Assembly (NCBI GenBank): GCA_963787125.1
Contig: CAWBBV010000004.1
Location: 64,001-128,000, forward strand
DNA length: 64,000 nucleotides
Reading direction: 5' to 3'
Source of the DNA: an uncultured delta proteobacterium
GTDB lineage: Bacteria > Desulfobacterota > Desulfuromonadia > Geobacterales > DSM-12255
The position numbers were made by a program, and so were the translations under genes. Positions 1 to 10,523 of the stretch are shown in pieces. A model generated the notes under the pieces. The model saw only the letters and a program-made list of their open reading frames with translations, was not told where the DNA came from and did not search any database. Within the stretch, counting starts at the first letter, position 1; every line of letters begins with the position of its first letter.

Positions 1-713
1 AACATCTCAACGTCATCAAGATCGTCTTCGACCAGGCCAAGGGGCGCGTCCCGGTTATCGCCGGCACCGGCTCCAACTCCACCGCCGAGGCGATCGCCCT
101 GACCCGCGAAGCCAAAGAGATCGGTGTGGCCGGCGTACTGCTGGTGACCCCCTACTACAACAAGCCGACCCAGGAAGGGCTCTACCGCCACTACATGGCC
201 ATTGCCGATGCGGTGGAGATCCCCCAGATCCTCTACAACGTCCCGGGCCGCACCGGCGTCAACATGCTCCCCGAGACCGTGGCCCGTCTGGCCAAGCACA
301 AGAATATCGTCGCCGTCAAGGAGGCCACCGGCTCCCTTCAGCAGGCTTCCGAGATCATCGCCCTCTGCGGCAAAAGCATCGACGTCTTTTCCGGCGACGA
401 CTTCATCACCTACCCGATGATGGCCTGCGGCGCCGTCGGCATCATCTCCGTGCTCGCCAACATCATGCCCAAAGAGGTCGGCGACCTGACCGACGCCTTC
501 TTTAGCGGCGATCTGGAGAAGGCCCGCCAGCTCCACCTGGACACCTTGAAGATCGGCAACGCCATGTTCATCGAGTCCAACCCGGTTCCGGTGAAAACGG
601 CGCTGGGCCTCATGGGCAAGTGCTCCGACGAAGTCCGCCTGCCGCTGTGCGAAATGGGTGCAGCCAACAAGGCGAAGCTGGAAGCGATCATGAAAGAGTA
701 CAAGTTGATCTAG
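1..713 (+). CDS. dapA: 4-hydroxy-tetrahydrodipicolinate synthase (5' end outside window)
   Basis: Frame is open from position 3: VPVIAGTGSNST, VTPYYNKPTQEG, LYNVPGRTG, VAVKEATG motifs; adjacent to dapB. Confidence 0.97.
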   Translation, partial: HLNVIKIVFDQAKGRVPVIAGTGSNSTAEAIALTREAKEIGVAGVLLVTPYYNKPTQEGLYRHYMAIADAVEIPQILYNVPGRTGVNMLPETVARLAKHKNIVAVKEATGSLQQASEIIALCGKSIDVFSGDDFITYPMMACGAVGIISVLANIMPKEVGDLTDAFFSGDLEKARQLHLDTLKIGNAMFIESNPVPVKTALGLMGKCSDEVRLPLCEMGAANKAKLEAIMKEYKLI

Positions 714-812
714 GCTGAAGACTGAAGGTAGAAGGCTGAAGGTATTTTCAAAAACTATTTGAGGCGATCGTTGAATCTGAAGGTTTTCCCTTCAGCCTTC
801 AGCCTTCAGCCT
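712..812. repeat. Inverted arrays of the heptamer AGGCTGA / TCAGCCT
   Basis: AGGCTGA AGACTGA AGGTAGA AGGCTGA at 712-739; TCAGCCT x3 at 792-812. Confidence 0.85.
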
Positions 813-825
813 ATCGAGGCTAGTT

Positions 826-1626
826 ATGGTTAAAATAGCTGTCTGCGGTGCTGCCGGCCGCATGGGTCAAAGAATTATCGTCGCTGCCAAAGAAGCCGGT
901 TGCATCGTTTCCGGCGCCCTGGAGCGTCCCGGTCACGAACTGGTCGGCCAGGATGCCGGGATCATCGCCGGTTGCGGCAAACTGGACGTCCTTATTTCCG
1001 ACGACCTCAACAAGGTCGTAGAAGGCTGCGATGTGCTCATCGACTTCACCACCCCCAAGGTGTCCCTGAAGAATCTGGAAGTTTGCGGCCTGAAAGGCAA
1101 AGCCATCGTCATCGGCTCCACCGGTTTTACCCCGGAAGAGCGGATCTTTGCCGCCGAACTGGCCAAGGATATCCCCTGTGTGCTCGCCCCCAACATGAGC
1201 GTCGGCGTCAATGTCTGCTTCAAGGTGCTGAAAGACGTGGCCAAGACCCTCGGTGACGACTTCGACGTGGAGATAGTCGAGCTGCACCACAACAAGAAAA
1301 AGGACTCACCCAGTGGCACCGCCGTCCGTATGGGCGAAGTTGTTGCCGAGGCCCTCGGCCGCGACTACAACAAAGTGGCTAACTTCCACCGCGAAGGGCT
1401 CTGCGGCGAGCGGACCAAAGAAGAGATCGGCATGCAGACCGTCCGCGGTGGCGACATCATCGGCGAGCACACCGTCTACTTCATCGGCCAGGGGGAAAGG
1501 ATCGAGATTTCCCACCGCGCCATGACCCGCGACATGTTCTCCCGTGGTTCGGTGCGGGCGGCCCAGTGGGTTGTGGGGCAGAAACCGGGGATCTACGACA
1601 TGCAGGATGTGTTAGGTTTGCGCTAG
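826..1626 (+). CDS. dapB: 4-hydroxy-tetrahydrodipicolinate reductase
   Basis: GAAGRMG Rossmann motif, IDFT, ELHHNKKKDSPSGTA. Confidence 0.98.
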   Translation: MVKIAVCGAAGRMGQRIIVAAKEAGCIVSGALERPGHELVGQDAGIIAGCGKLDVLISDDLNKVVEGCDVLIDFTTPKVSLKNLEVCGLKGKAIVIGSTGFTPEERIFAAELAKDIPCVLAPNMSVGVNVCFKVLKDVAKTLGDDFDVEIVELHHNKKKDSPSGTAVRMGEVVAEALGRDYNKVANFHREGLCGERTKEEIGMQTVRGGDIIGEHTVYFIGQGERIEISHRAMTRDMFSRGSVRAAQWVVGQKPGIYDMQDVLGLR

Positions 1627-1634
1627 GAGAGGTC

Positions 1635-1946
1635 ATGCTTTCGACTTTCGACATAGATCAGCTGAAAGAGCGCATTGCCCAGGCCATGAAGCCGGAAAAA
1701 ATCTTCCTGTTCGGTTCCTATGCGGAAGACCGGGCAACAGAGGACAGCGATGTGGATCTGGTTGTGGTCATGGATTCGGCATTGGCGCCTCATCAGCGTA
1801 ATGTCGCCTTGAAACGGCTCTTTCCGCGGCGGTCGTTCTCCCTGGATGCCTTTGTCTTTACACCGCTGGAGTTTGCCCGCTACAAGGACATCCCCGGCAC
1901 CATCGTCTACAATGCCACCCATCACGGAAAGCTGCTGTATGGATGA
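1635..1946 (+). CDS. Minimal nucleotidyltransferase (MNT), putative antitoxin
   Basis: LFGSYAEDRATEDSDVDL fits GS-x10-DxD; AGGAGAGG RBS before ATG 1635; about 103 aa. Confidence 0.9.
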   Translation: MLSTFDIDQLKERIAQAMKPEKIFLFGSYAEDRATEDSDVDLVVVMDSALAPHQRNVALKRLFPRRSFSLDAFVFTPLEFARYKDIPGTIVYNATHHGKLLYG

Positions 1947-2334
1947 TGTTACGACTGAAATAGTCCGACAGTGGCTTCTCAAGGCCGAACACGATCTGCT
2001 CAATATCCGCAACAACCTTGCAGCTGAAAATGTCCCGACCGATACGGTCTGCTTCCATGCCCAGCAGGCTATCGAAAAACTGCTCAAAGGGCTGCTGGTC
2101 GCCAATGGCCGCAACGTAGCCAAAACGCACGACCTGGTGAAACTACTGTCGGATGTTGGCGACCTTGCTCCGGAACTGCTTCTCATGGAAGACCTGTTGG
2201 AAGAGATCTCCGAATATGGCGTTGGCATGCGCTATCCCGACGATTTCTATGAGCCTACCAGGGAAGAGGCAGCGCAGGCGTACGGCATCGCCATGCAGAT
2301 ACAAACGATCATCATGAACATACTTTCGTTCTGA
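1939..2334 (+). CDS. HEPN domain protein
   Basis: WLLKAEHDL, CFHAQQAIEKLLKG, KTHDL, RYP motifs; start overlaps the MNT 3' end. Confidence 0.9.
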   Translation: MDDVTTEIVRQWLLKAEHDLLNIRNNLAAENVPTDTVCFHAQQAIEKLLKGLLVANGRNVAKTHDLVKLLSDVGDLAPELLLMEDLLEEISEYGVGMRYPDDFYEPTREEAAQAYGIAMQIQTIIMNILSF

Positions 2335-2364
2335 ATAATACGCACCAAGGAGAACTGTAACGTA

Positions 2365-3598
<1,234 letters not shown>

Positions 3599-3605
3599 AT
3601 TAACG

Positions 3606-3630
3606 AAGGGCGCTGATTTCAGCGCCCTTT
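3606..3630 (+). terminator. Probable intrinsic terminator after dapL
   Basis: AAGGGCGCTG-ATTT-CAGCGCCCTT-T hairpin; T tail is short. Confidence 0.7.
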
Positions 3631-3690
3631 CTCGTAGCTAAATATTGCAGTTGTATTTACAAGATTGTATGTACATAATGTAGGTGTGAA

Positions 3691-3966
3691 ATGATATTCG
3701 AGTGGGATGAAAACAAGAACAGGAGCAATAAGGTAAAGCACGGTATTGACTTTGAATCGGCAATCACGATTTTTGACGATCCATTGATGCTGAGCCGGGT
3801 TGATAAAGATGGTCGTTGGCAGACCATAGGGTATTCCGAGGGCAGCATACTCTTGCTATTTGTGGCGCACACCTACCACGAAGCAGATGAAATCGTCGTC
3901 AGGATCATATCAGCGAGAAGGGCCAGCAAGCATGAAAGGGAACAGTATGAAAAAGGAAGCTTCTGA
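3691..3966 (+). CDS. BrnT family toxin
   Basis: FEWDENKNRSNKVKHGIDF...RIISARRA signature. Confidence 0.93.
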   Translation: MIFEWDENKNRSNKVKHGIDFESAITIFDDPLMLSRVDKDGRWQTIGYSEGSILLLFVAHTYHEADEIVVRIISARRASKHEREQYEKGSF

Positions 3967-4258
3967 AAATATTGTCAGGATCAAAGGGCTCCCAAATCTG
4001 ACAGAAGCACAGCTTGAAAATCTGAAGAGTCTCGCCGAGCGGCCGGATGATGAAATTGATTATTCAGACATCCCGGAAATCACCGACTTCAGCGGTTTTG
4101 AGGTTGGCAAGTTCTACCGTCCCGTGAAAGAGGCGGTTACGGTCAGGCTGGATGCGGATGTTGTTCATTGGCTCAAGCGTGAAGGTAAAGGGTATCAGAC
4201 TCGCCTCAATGCGATTTTGCGGCGGGAAATGGAAAGGAATAGCCGCAAGGCTGCGTAA
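3947..4258 (+). CDS. BrnA family antitoxin
   Basis: IDYSDIPE...RPVKEAVTVRLDADVVHWLK...GYQTRLNAILR; overlaps brnT. Confidence 0.93.
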   Translation: MKKEASENIVRIKGLPNLTEAQLENLKSLAERPDDEIDYSDIPEITDFSGFEVGKFYRPVKEAVTVRLDADVVHWLKREGKGYQTRLNAILRREMERNSRKAA

Positions 4259-4331
4259 CCGCTGAGAAGATTCCCCGGATGGTGCGGGAAGGGTTGGGTC
4301 TGTGATGGCGAGTTGGGGAAAACCGGGCTCA

Positions 4332-4523
4332 ATGAGTTCGGATAATGGTGATGATCGAATTGAGCTGATTGAGGATACTGCGGAAGCGCGGGCTGAGTTC
4401 GGCGAGAATTTTGGGGCGTACGAATTCCGGTTGACGCGGGAGCAAGTTGAAGGAATGCTTGCAGGAAAGGTAGTTGCGTTTGACATAAGCGGACGGGAAT
4501 ATGCCGGATTTATGTCTGTGTAG
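4332..4523 (+). CDS. Small hypothetical protein (start uncertain, 4302 or 4332)
   Basis: Protein-like acidic ORF whose TAG stop directly abuts a repeat A copy. Confidence 0.5.
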   Translation: MSSDNGDDRIELIEDTAEARAEFGENFGAYEFRLTREQVEGMLAGKVVAFDISGREYAGFMSV

Positions 4524-4548
4524 AAATAAGTATGGTGTCCTCGGAATT
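4524..4548 (-). repeat. Repeat A copy (inverted)
   Basis: Reverse complement reads AATTCCGAGGACACCATACTTATTT. A divergent variant, AAATCAGGGACACGTCCACGTTTTT, lies at 4561-4585 (-). Confidence 0.85.
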
Positions 4549-4583
4549 GGGGCGTCCGCGAAAAACGTGGACGTGTCCCTGAT

Positions 4584-4910
4584 TTACCCCTTTGTTTCGT
4601 CGGAGCCAGGCAAAATCGGAGACAAATAGTCTACATCTACAACAATCGCTTCACCACGCCGTACTTGTTCCTTCACTTGTTGACTGATTGCGCGATTATC
4701 GCTCCTGATGAGTTCAACCAGACGGGTGATGCGTTTGGCCTCCGATTGACCGTCGTACGTGGCGCTCCACAAGACCATTTCAAACAGCAGCGGAATAAGA
4801 TCCAGCCCCTTATCGGTAAGTATATAGCTGTCTTTCCTGCCGTCTGCATGTCCCTCACGCACAAGAATACCCGCCTCAATAAGTTGACTCAGGCGTGAGG
4901 CCACAGAGCT
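4584..4910 (-). pseudogene. 5'-truncated HxlR-type winged-helix regulator
   Basis: ASRLSQLIEAGIL...DGRKDSYILTDKGLDLIPLLFEMVLWS is the C-terminal half of an HxlR protein; the N-terminus is replaced by repeat A at 4911. Confidence 0.75.
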
Positions 4911-4963
4911 AATTCCGGGGACACCATACTTAATTCAATAGGCCACCAATCGATCGTATTTTG
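4911..4963 (+). repeat. Repeat A plus degenerate repeat B
   Basis: AATTCCGGGGACACCATACTTAATT then CAATAGGCCACCAATCGATCGTATTTT. Confidence 0.85.
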
Positions 4964-4974
4964 GCTTGAGTCAA

Positions 4975-6483
4975 TTATGTTAACCCGAAAACGCTCTTTA
5001 TACACTCTTCCAGTTTCGCAACTTCTTCATCAGTGAGTTTATCGAACATTGACTTGCGCTTGCCCTGTGAAAGCCTGCCTCCATTCTCGCGACACATCCG
5101 CATAAAGAGGTCAATCATGCGATCCGGCATATCAATAATTTCCTGCATACAGGACTTAGCTTTTTCATAGTTGGTCAAAAGATCCAGCTCTGAAACTAAT
5201 TCTTTTTCTATGGTAGTTTCTATGAACCTGAACATATTTTCCGCTATTGCTGTCATATCAATGTATCGGTAATACAAAGCACTCTCATTCATCACCGTCA
5301 TTTCGCCTGCTTCAGTTAGTTGGTAGTCTATAAGGTGGAGAAGCGGTTTTGAAAACAGCTCTAAAGTTTGATCGTACTCCTTTATATTTTGGACAAGCGT
5401 AGCTGAAACGGGGAAAATTAATCCTTCTGGTGTAAATTTGGTGTTTGCCAAAATATTATGAATCAGAAAACGGTGTATTCTTCCGTTACCATCATCAAAG
5501 GGATGCATAAAAACAAAACCAAACGCAATGATTGTCGCTGCAATGACCGGATGAACTTTAGACACGGCCATCCTCTTGTGGCATTCAAACATTCCTTCCA
5601 TTAGTTCTGGCAGATCTTCCGGTTTAGGAGAAATAAAATGTACAATTTCCCTACCAAAACCGATTGATTGTCCAACGTAATTTTGATCTTTCCGGAATTC
5701 CTCATTGGCAAACCTACTGTCTACAATACTCTGCTGAAGATTGATGAGACCGTCTTTTGTAAAAAAGTCTGTTGTTTCGGCACTCTTCAGCAATTCCACA
5801 AAACGAGCCGCACGCTTTTGGTCGGGAGTTGTCCGCTCAATCTCAAATGATGATTTGGTCTCCTTTGTGAAAAGGTACGAGATGGCTCGCTGTAGTATAT
5901 CTACCGGATATTTGTCTATAACCTGTTTGGTTCGCTCCTGAAAATCGATCTCCATATATTTTTTCAAGAAATCAGTCTTTCGTATCAACGGACAAAAGCG
6001 TCGACTCCCAGGAAGATTGTTATTCACCTTTTGACGAGCTACCGGTATTTTTTTGGCAGCTACATAAAGGTCTTCATCTAGCAGATCTACATAATTGGCG
6101 ACCTTAACAGGCTCTAAATCAAGTGTTTTCCCTATGAGAAATTCATAAAGGAACCAGATCTGCCGCGCATACTTGCCGGTTGGTGTCTTGCGAACTATAT
6201 CTTCGATTTCGTTAGGGGGAGTTTGTTCGAAAACGGCATTTATGATCTCTAGATTCAAGCCTTCATGTTTCAGCGCAAAGGTTAAATGGCCACCCAATTC
6301 ATCACCAGGATGGTAAGCCAAAGGGTAAAATTCCTTCCGTCTGTGTCCCTCTATAACCGTCTGACGCCTTCCCTTTGTTTCCGTGACGTACGAAGTGACA
6401 TAATGGGGCAACACCTGCAGAGAATAACGCCGGATCAATTCCTCGTATCCAACTGAACTGCTTTTTGAAGTGTTTTTATACAT
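4975..6483 (-). CDS. Fic family protein
   Basis: HPFDDGNGRIHR Fic motif; GGAGGAGG RBS; visibly AT-rich relative to flanks. Confidence 0.93.
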   Translation of the reverse strand: MYKNTSKSSSVGYEELIRRYSLQVLPHYVTSYVTETKGRRQTVIEGHRRKEFYPLAYHPGDELGGHLTFALKHEGLNLEIINAVFEQTPPNEIEDIVRKTPTGKYARQIWFLYEFLIGKTLDLEPVKVANYVDLLDEDLYVAAKKIPVARQKVNNNLPGSRRFCPLIRKTDFLKKYMEIDFQERTKQVIDKYPVDILQRAISYLFTKETKSSFEIERTTPDQKRAARFVELLKSAETTDFFTKDGLINLQQSIVDSRFANEEFRKDQNYVGQSIGFGREIVHFISPKPEDLPELMEGMFECHKRMAVSKVHPVIAATIIAFGFVFMHPFDDGNGRIHRFLIHNILANTKFTPEGLIFPVSATLVQNIKEYDQTLELFSKPLLHLIDYQLTEAGEMTVMNESALYYRYIDMTAIAENMFRFIETTIEKELVSELDLLTNYEKAKSCMQEIIDMPDRMIDLFMRMCRENGGRLSQGKRKSMFDKLTDEEVAKLEECIKSVFGLT

Positions 6484-6985
6484 TTGCCTCCTCCATGTAT
6501 CTCACAAAATACTGCATGATTTTGTTTTCCGCAAGAGATTCATGTGGATTTATAAGTTTATAGCTTGCTATATGCAAATTTTCAGTTTTAGAACATTTCT
6601 AAATTCATTCGTTAAGTTCCCAAGAACCTAGACGCCTCTAAACTAATTGGATTCATATCTGGGGACCAAAAATTTCAATTAATCCAATTCGTTCTAAAGC
6701 TATTTTCTATTTTCTGCCTAATTCAGCTAGAATGCCTTTATCCGGGCGGGTTTAGCTAGATGCACCAAACTAATTGGCTTTCATCGCTTGGTGCAAAAAA
6801 ACAATTTGGATTGTAAAAAAACAAATTCAATTGATCCAATTCGTTCCAAATCTATTTTCAAATTTCTTTCTAACTGCCTAGAAGTGCCATTGTTCAAGAG
6901 TGTGGCTAGAGAGACGTTCTTATCTATTTTTCTATTGCAGAATTCCTGGAACATTCCCCACATTTCCTGACTCCTGCGCCGTCCG

Positions 6986-7468
6986 CTACTCCTCCTCCAT
7001 CCGCGGCCGTAGCGGAATGACCTTCGCCGGCCCCTCCTTCAGGAAGCGCGCCTGCCTCTCCGCCCAATCACAAAAGCCGGCCACGCCCGTCTCCCCGGTT
7101 TCGGCGAGTTCGCCGGTCCAGTCTGTGCAGAGATCGGCAAGCATGAGATTGGAAACCGCCCCTATCCAGGGCTGGTACACTACTTCCCCTTCTCCGCAGC
7201 CGGTATCCGCCTTCAATAACAGGTATTTTTTCTCCTCCGCAGTCGCGGCGAACAGCTCTTCGTCGTCATCGGCCATCTCCGTTACGCAGACGGCGTCTAC
7301 GCCGTATTCCCCAGGAGCGAAATTTCCTCGCCACGCATCAGCGGCAATGGCATCCGCCCCTGCAAGGGCAGTAAAGACCGCCTCAAACTCCTCTCCGGCC
7401 TCCACCTCGACGTCTGCGTACTCGAAAACCGGCCGGACCAGCCTGACTCTGAATCTCTTTTTCTCCAT
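6986..7468 (-). CDS. Hypothetical protein
   Basis: 160-aa ORF with GGAGAG RBS, directly downstream of relE. Confidence 0.7.
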   Translation of the reverse strand: MEKKRFRVRLVRPVFEYADVEVEAGEEFEAVFTALAGADAIAADAWRGNFAPGEYGVDAVCVTEMADDDEELFAATAEEKKYLLLKADTGCGEGEVVYQPWIGAVSNLMLADLCTDWTGELAETGETGVAGFCDWAERQARFLKEGPAKVIPLRPRMEEE

Positions 7469-7488
7469 TGCGTTCTCTCCTGTCAGGA

Positions 7489-7779
7489 TCACTCTTTCAA
7501 CCTGCCCTCTGCCGATCGGTAAACGGCAAAATTTTCCCGCTTGCCCACGGCCACTACAATGACAACGATGCGCTGGTCGTTAACCTGGTAGACAAGCCGG
7601 TAACCGGCGTTTCTCAGTTTAATTTTGTAACAGTCGGCCATACCGGAAAGCCTGGCTGATGCCACACGGGGCTTGGTCAACCGTTCAGCCAGCTTTTTCT
7701 TGAACTGCGCGCGGATTGCGCCGTCCAGTTTCTGCCATTCCTTGAGGGCGGTCTCTTTGAACTCAAGACTATAGGTCAT
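7489..7779 (-). CDS. RelE/StbE family toxin
   Basis: MTYSLEFKETALKEWQKLD...CYKIKLRNAGYRLVYQV...VAVGKRE. Confidence 0.93.
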   Translation of the reverse strand: MTYSLEFKETALKEWQKLDGAIRAQFKKKLAERLTKPRVASARLSGMADCYKIKLRNAGYRLVYQVNDQRIVVIVVAVGKRENFAVYRSAEGRLKE

Positions 7780-8014
7780 CGAGGGAAACCTTGACCGTCG
7801 GCTCCTGCTCTCTTTCCTTGACAAGTTGCGCCAGATTGTAGTCCTCGAATCTTTCCATCAGCGTTTCAAAAGCATCGGCCGGAATAAGGTAGGCGCTGGG
7901 CTTGTTATGATTGAGAATGGCGACCGGTGCCCCTTCTGCTTCATTGATGATGCGGGAGGGGTTTTTCTTCAGTTCGCTGATACTGACGGAAGCACGAGCA
8001 TAGATTCTATCCAT
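7769..8014 (-). CDS. Phd/YefM (StbD-like) antitoxin
   Basis: SISELKKNP...PVAILNHNKPSAYL...VSLDDL; overlaps the relE start. Confidence 0.93.
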   Translation of the reverse strand: MDRIYARASVSISELKKNPSRIINEAEGAPVAILNHNKPSAYLIPADAFETLMERFEDYNLAQLVKEREQEPTVKVSLDDL

Positions 8015-8174
8015 AAATAACCTCTTTTAAGACTTAATACATGGTACAAATATAGGTCATATTTGCCGCTGCTGCTAGAAACATTTCCTCCTGCGAAGCG
8101 TTTTTTTTACAGAAGGGTCATCTATGGGGTCGGGAAAACGCGGGACACTTTCCATATTTCTGTTTGGCCGGGCC

Positions 8175-8977
8175 TCAGCCTATCCAGTACCCTTCCGCAC
8201 GCTCCTGCAGCAACCCTTCGCGCACAAGCGTCCCGAGCAGTGCCAGCACCCGCTCCCCGTCCCGGCCACTCTGCCGGACGATGTCTTCTGCCGAAAGTCC
8301 CGGCGTCGCCAGCAGCAGTCTGAGGAGTTCCCCCCGATCTCCCGGTTCGAACCGCGGAAGGGGGACTGGCGGCTGTGCCCCTTGCTGCGGCGCGACGGGT
8401 TGGAGGCGGTCTTCTTCAGCATGGCGCCGTAGTCCATCAGGGCATTGTACCAGTCACGGATATTGTCCCGGTCCATGGTCTGCTCCACCAGGGGGAGGAT
8501 CTCGCGGTCGCTGACAGCGGTCCTGTCATGAAAGAGCAGGTGGATGAAGACGCTGCGAATGTTGGTCTCGATGAACGGGGTCGCCCGGCCGAAGGCAAAG
8601 GTAGCGATCGCGCCTGCCGTGTAGACGCCGATGCCGGGGAGGCGGACCAGATCGGCAACAGCGTCCGGCACGACCCCGCCATGCCGCGCCGTGATCTCTA
8701 CCGCCGCCCGCTGCAGCATCAGAGCGCGGCGGTTGTAGCCGAGTCCCTGCCAGAGAGCAAGCAGATCGGCGAGCGGTGCTGCCGCCAGCGTCTCCACGGT
8801 CGGGAAGCGGTCCAGAAAGGCGGCATATCTGGGCAGAACACGCTCCACCTGGGTCTGCTGGAGCATGACCTCGGAGACCATGATGCAGTAGGGGTCGGTG
8901 GTGCTCCGCCACGGCAGGGAGCGGGAATGTTCGCGGAAATAGCAGTAGATGAGCTGCTGGAACTGGTCTGTATTCAT
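8175..8977 (-). CDS. mutY: A/G-specific adenine glycosylase (short MutY-like, HhH-GPD), apparent -1 frameshift near 8335
   Basis: LPWRSTTDPY, VSEVMLQQTQV, WQGLGYNRRA, LPGIGVYTA. The C-terminus (LLRLLLATPG...EGYWIG*) continues in another frame after a G6 run. Confidence 0.85.
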
Positions 8978-9074
8978 GGGAGGTATTCTAGCAACGGTTC
9001 CATTCCCTGGACAAGGAGATTTACAGGCAGGCGGCCGCCTTTTCTCTTTCCAGGCTACATTATGTTTGAATTCA

Positions 9075-9103
9075 AGTACTGATTGTGACACAATTACAGT
9101 ACT
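9075..9103. promoter_or_regulatory. Palindromic operator candidate upstream of the Phd-RelE/YafQ pair
   Basis: AGTACTG-ATTGTG-A-CACAAT-TA-CAGTACT inverted repeat just upstream of the antitoxin. Confidence 0.6.
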
Positions 9104-9130
9104 CAATCAAGTACAGTAAGGAGTCAGGAA

Positions 9131-9394
9131 ATGAATACCATTCCCGCACAGGAACTGAAACGGCGCGGTATAGCAGCGGTTGACAGCTTGATCGCTCATG
9201 GTGACGTCCATGTCATCCGCAACAACCGGCCCGAGTATGTGGTGCTGTCCGAGGCGCGCTACCAGGAGCTGGTGGCCGAGGCGGAGGAGGCATATGTGGC
9301 CCGGGTGAAGGCGTCGCTGGAGGATGTGAAGGCCGGACGGGTAAAGCGGGGCAGTGCCGCTGACCTGATCAAAGAGCTTGGGCTCACGGACTAA
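9131..9394 (+). CDS. Phd/YefM family antitoxin
   Basis: MNTIPAQELKRRG...VHVIRNNRPEYVVLSE; precedes a toxin. Confidence 0.85.
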   Translation: MNTIPAQELKRRGIAAVDSLIAHGDVHVIRNNRPEYVVLSEARYQELVAEAEEAYVARVKASLEDVKAGRVKRGSAADLIKELGLTD

Positions 9395-9396
9395 GC

Positions 9397-9672
9397 ATGT
9401 ACGAACTTGTCTGGACTTCCGGTTTTACACGCGCCGCGAAAAAATTCGTTGATCAGCATCGCGAACTGCGCACCAAATTCGCCACCATCCTGAGCGACCT
9501 GGAGATCGACCCGTTCCAGCCCCACCTCAAATATCACCATCTGACCGGTAAACTGAAGGGTGTCCAGGCGGTGAGCATCACCCACAGCTATCGGATTATC
9601 CTGACCGTTATGATCACCGACAAGGAAATCATCCTCCTCGACATTAGCAGCCATGATGAGGTGTACCGGTAG
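9397..9672 (+). CDS. RelE/YafQ-like mRNA interferase toxin
   Basis: DPFQPHLKYHHLTGKLKG...SITHSYRII...DISSHDEVY. Confidence 0.88.
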   Translation: MYELVWTSGFTRAAKKFVDQHRELRTKFATILSDLEIDPFQPHLKYHHLTGKLKGVQAVSITHSYRIILTVMITDKEIILLDISSHDEVYR

Positions 9673-9697
9673 CAGGAAAAACAGGGAGGTTCAGGGG

Positions 9698-9722
9698 AAT
9701 TCTGGGAACATCCACACCTATT
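9698..9722 (+). repeat. Divergent repeat A-like copy
   Basis: AATTCTGGGAACATCCACACCTATT; similar divergent copies at 6941-6965, about 8137-8159 and about 23357-23378. Confidence 0.55.
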
Positions 9723-9792
9723 CCCGCTTGACGACACCGCCCTTCGAGAGTAATTTCCAAGCCACGAAAAGCCGCATAATGGGAGGTAGACG

Positions 9793-10452
9793 ATGCAAGT
9801 AATCGGTATCAGCGGCAGTCCCCGCACACAATGGAACACGGCAACTCTGGTGGCAAAAGCCCTGGAGGGGGCCGCTGCACAGGGGGCTGAGACGGAAATG
9901 GTCAACCTGTACGACCTTGATTTCAAGGGGTGCACGAGCTGCTTCGCCTGCAAGACCAGAGGTGGGAAGAGCTACGGCCGCTGCGCCATGAAGGACGGTC
10001 TGACGCCGGTGCTGGAAAGTATCGCCACGGCCGACGCCCTGGTGGTCGGCTCGCCGGTCTATTTCGGCTCGGTCACCGGCGAGACGCGCAGCTTCATGGA
10101 ACGGCTGCTGTTCCCCTATCTGACCTACACCGTCCCCTACGGCACCCTCTTTCCGCAGAAGCTGGCCACGGCCTTCATCTACACCATGAACGTCAATGAA
10201 GAGCGGAGCCGGGAGTTCGGCTACGAGTACTTCATCAAAGCGAACGAACGCTATGCCCAGATGCTGCTCGGCACCGCCGAGTCGCTCTGTGCTTTCGATA
10301 CCTGCCAGGTGGACGACTATGCAAAAGTGGTGATCGAGAGCTTCGATCCGGTGCACAAGGCGAAGCGGCGGGCCGAGGCGCTGCCGCTGGACTGCCAGCG
10401 GGCCTTCGATCTGGGGAGACGGCTGGCCGGGGCGGAAACCGTCGCGGCGTAG
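9793..10452 (+). CDS. Flavodoxin family / iron-sulfur flavoprotein (NADPH-dependent FMN reductase fold)
   Basis: GISGSPRTQWNT, CTSCFACK...C, GSPVYFG. Confidence 0.9.
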   Translation: MQVIGISGSPRTQWNTATLVAKALEGAAAQGAETEMVNLYDLDFKGCTSCFACKTRGGKSYGRCAMKDGLTPVLESIATADALVVGSPVYFGSVTGETRSFMERLLFPYLTYTVPYGTLFPQKLATAFIYTMNVNEERSREFGYEYFIKANERYAQMLLGTAESLCAFDTCQVDDYAKVVIESFDPVHKAKRRAEALPLDCQRAFDLGRRLAGAETVAA

Positions 10453-10475
10453 GAGATTGCGGGGAGAGTTTACCT

Positions 10476-10513
10476 GAACAACAAAGGCGGCCAAACGGCC
10501 GCCTTTGTTGTTC
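10476..10513 (+). repeat. Repeat B palindrome (17-bp perfect stem)
   Basis: GAACAACAAAGGCGGCC-AAAC-GGCCGCCTTTGTTGTTC, preceded by a degenerate A (GATTGCGGGGAGAGTTTACCT). Confidence 0.9.
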
Positions 10514-10523
10514 TTTATCAAAA

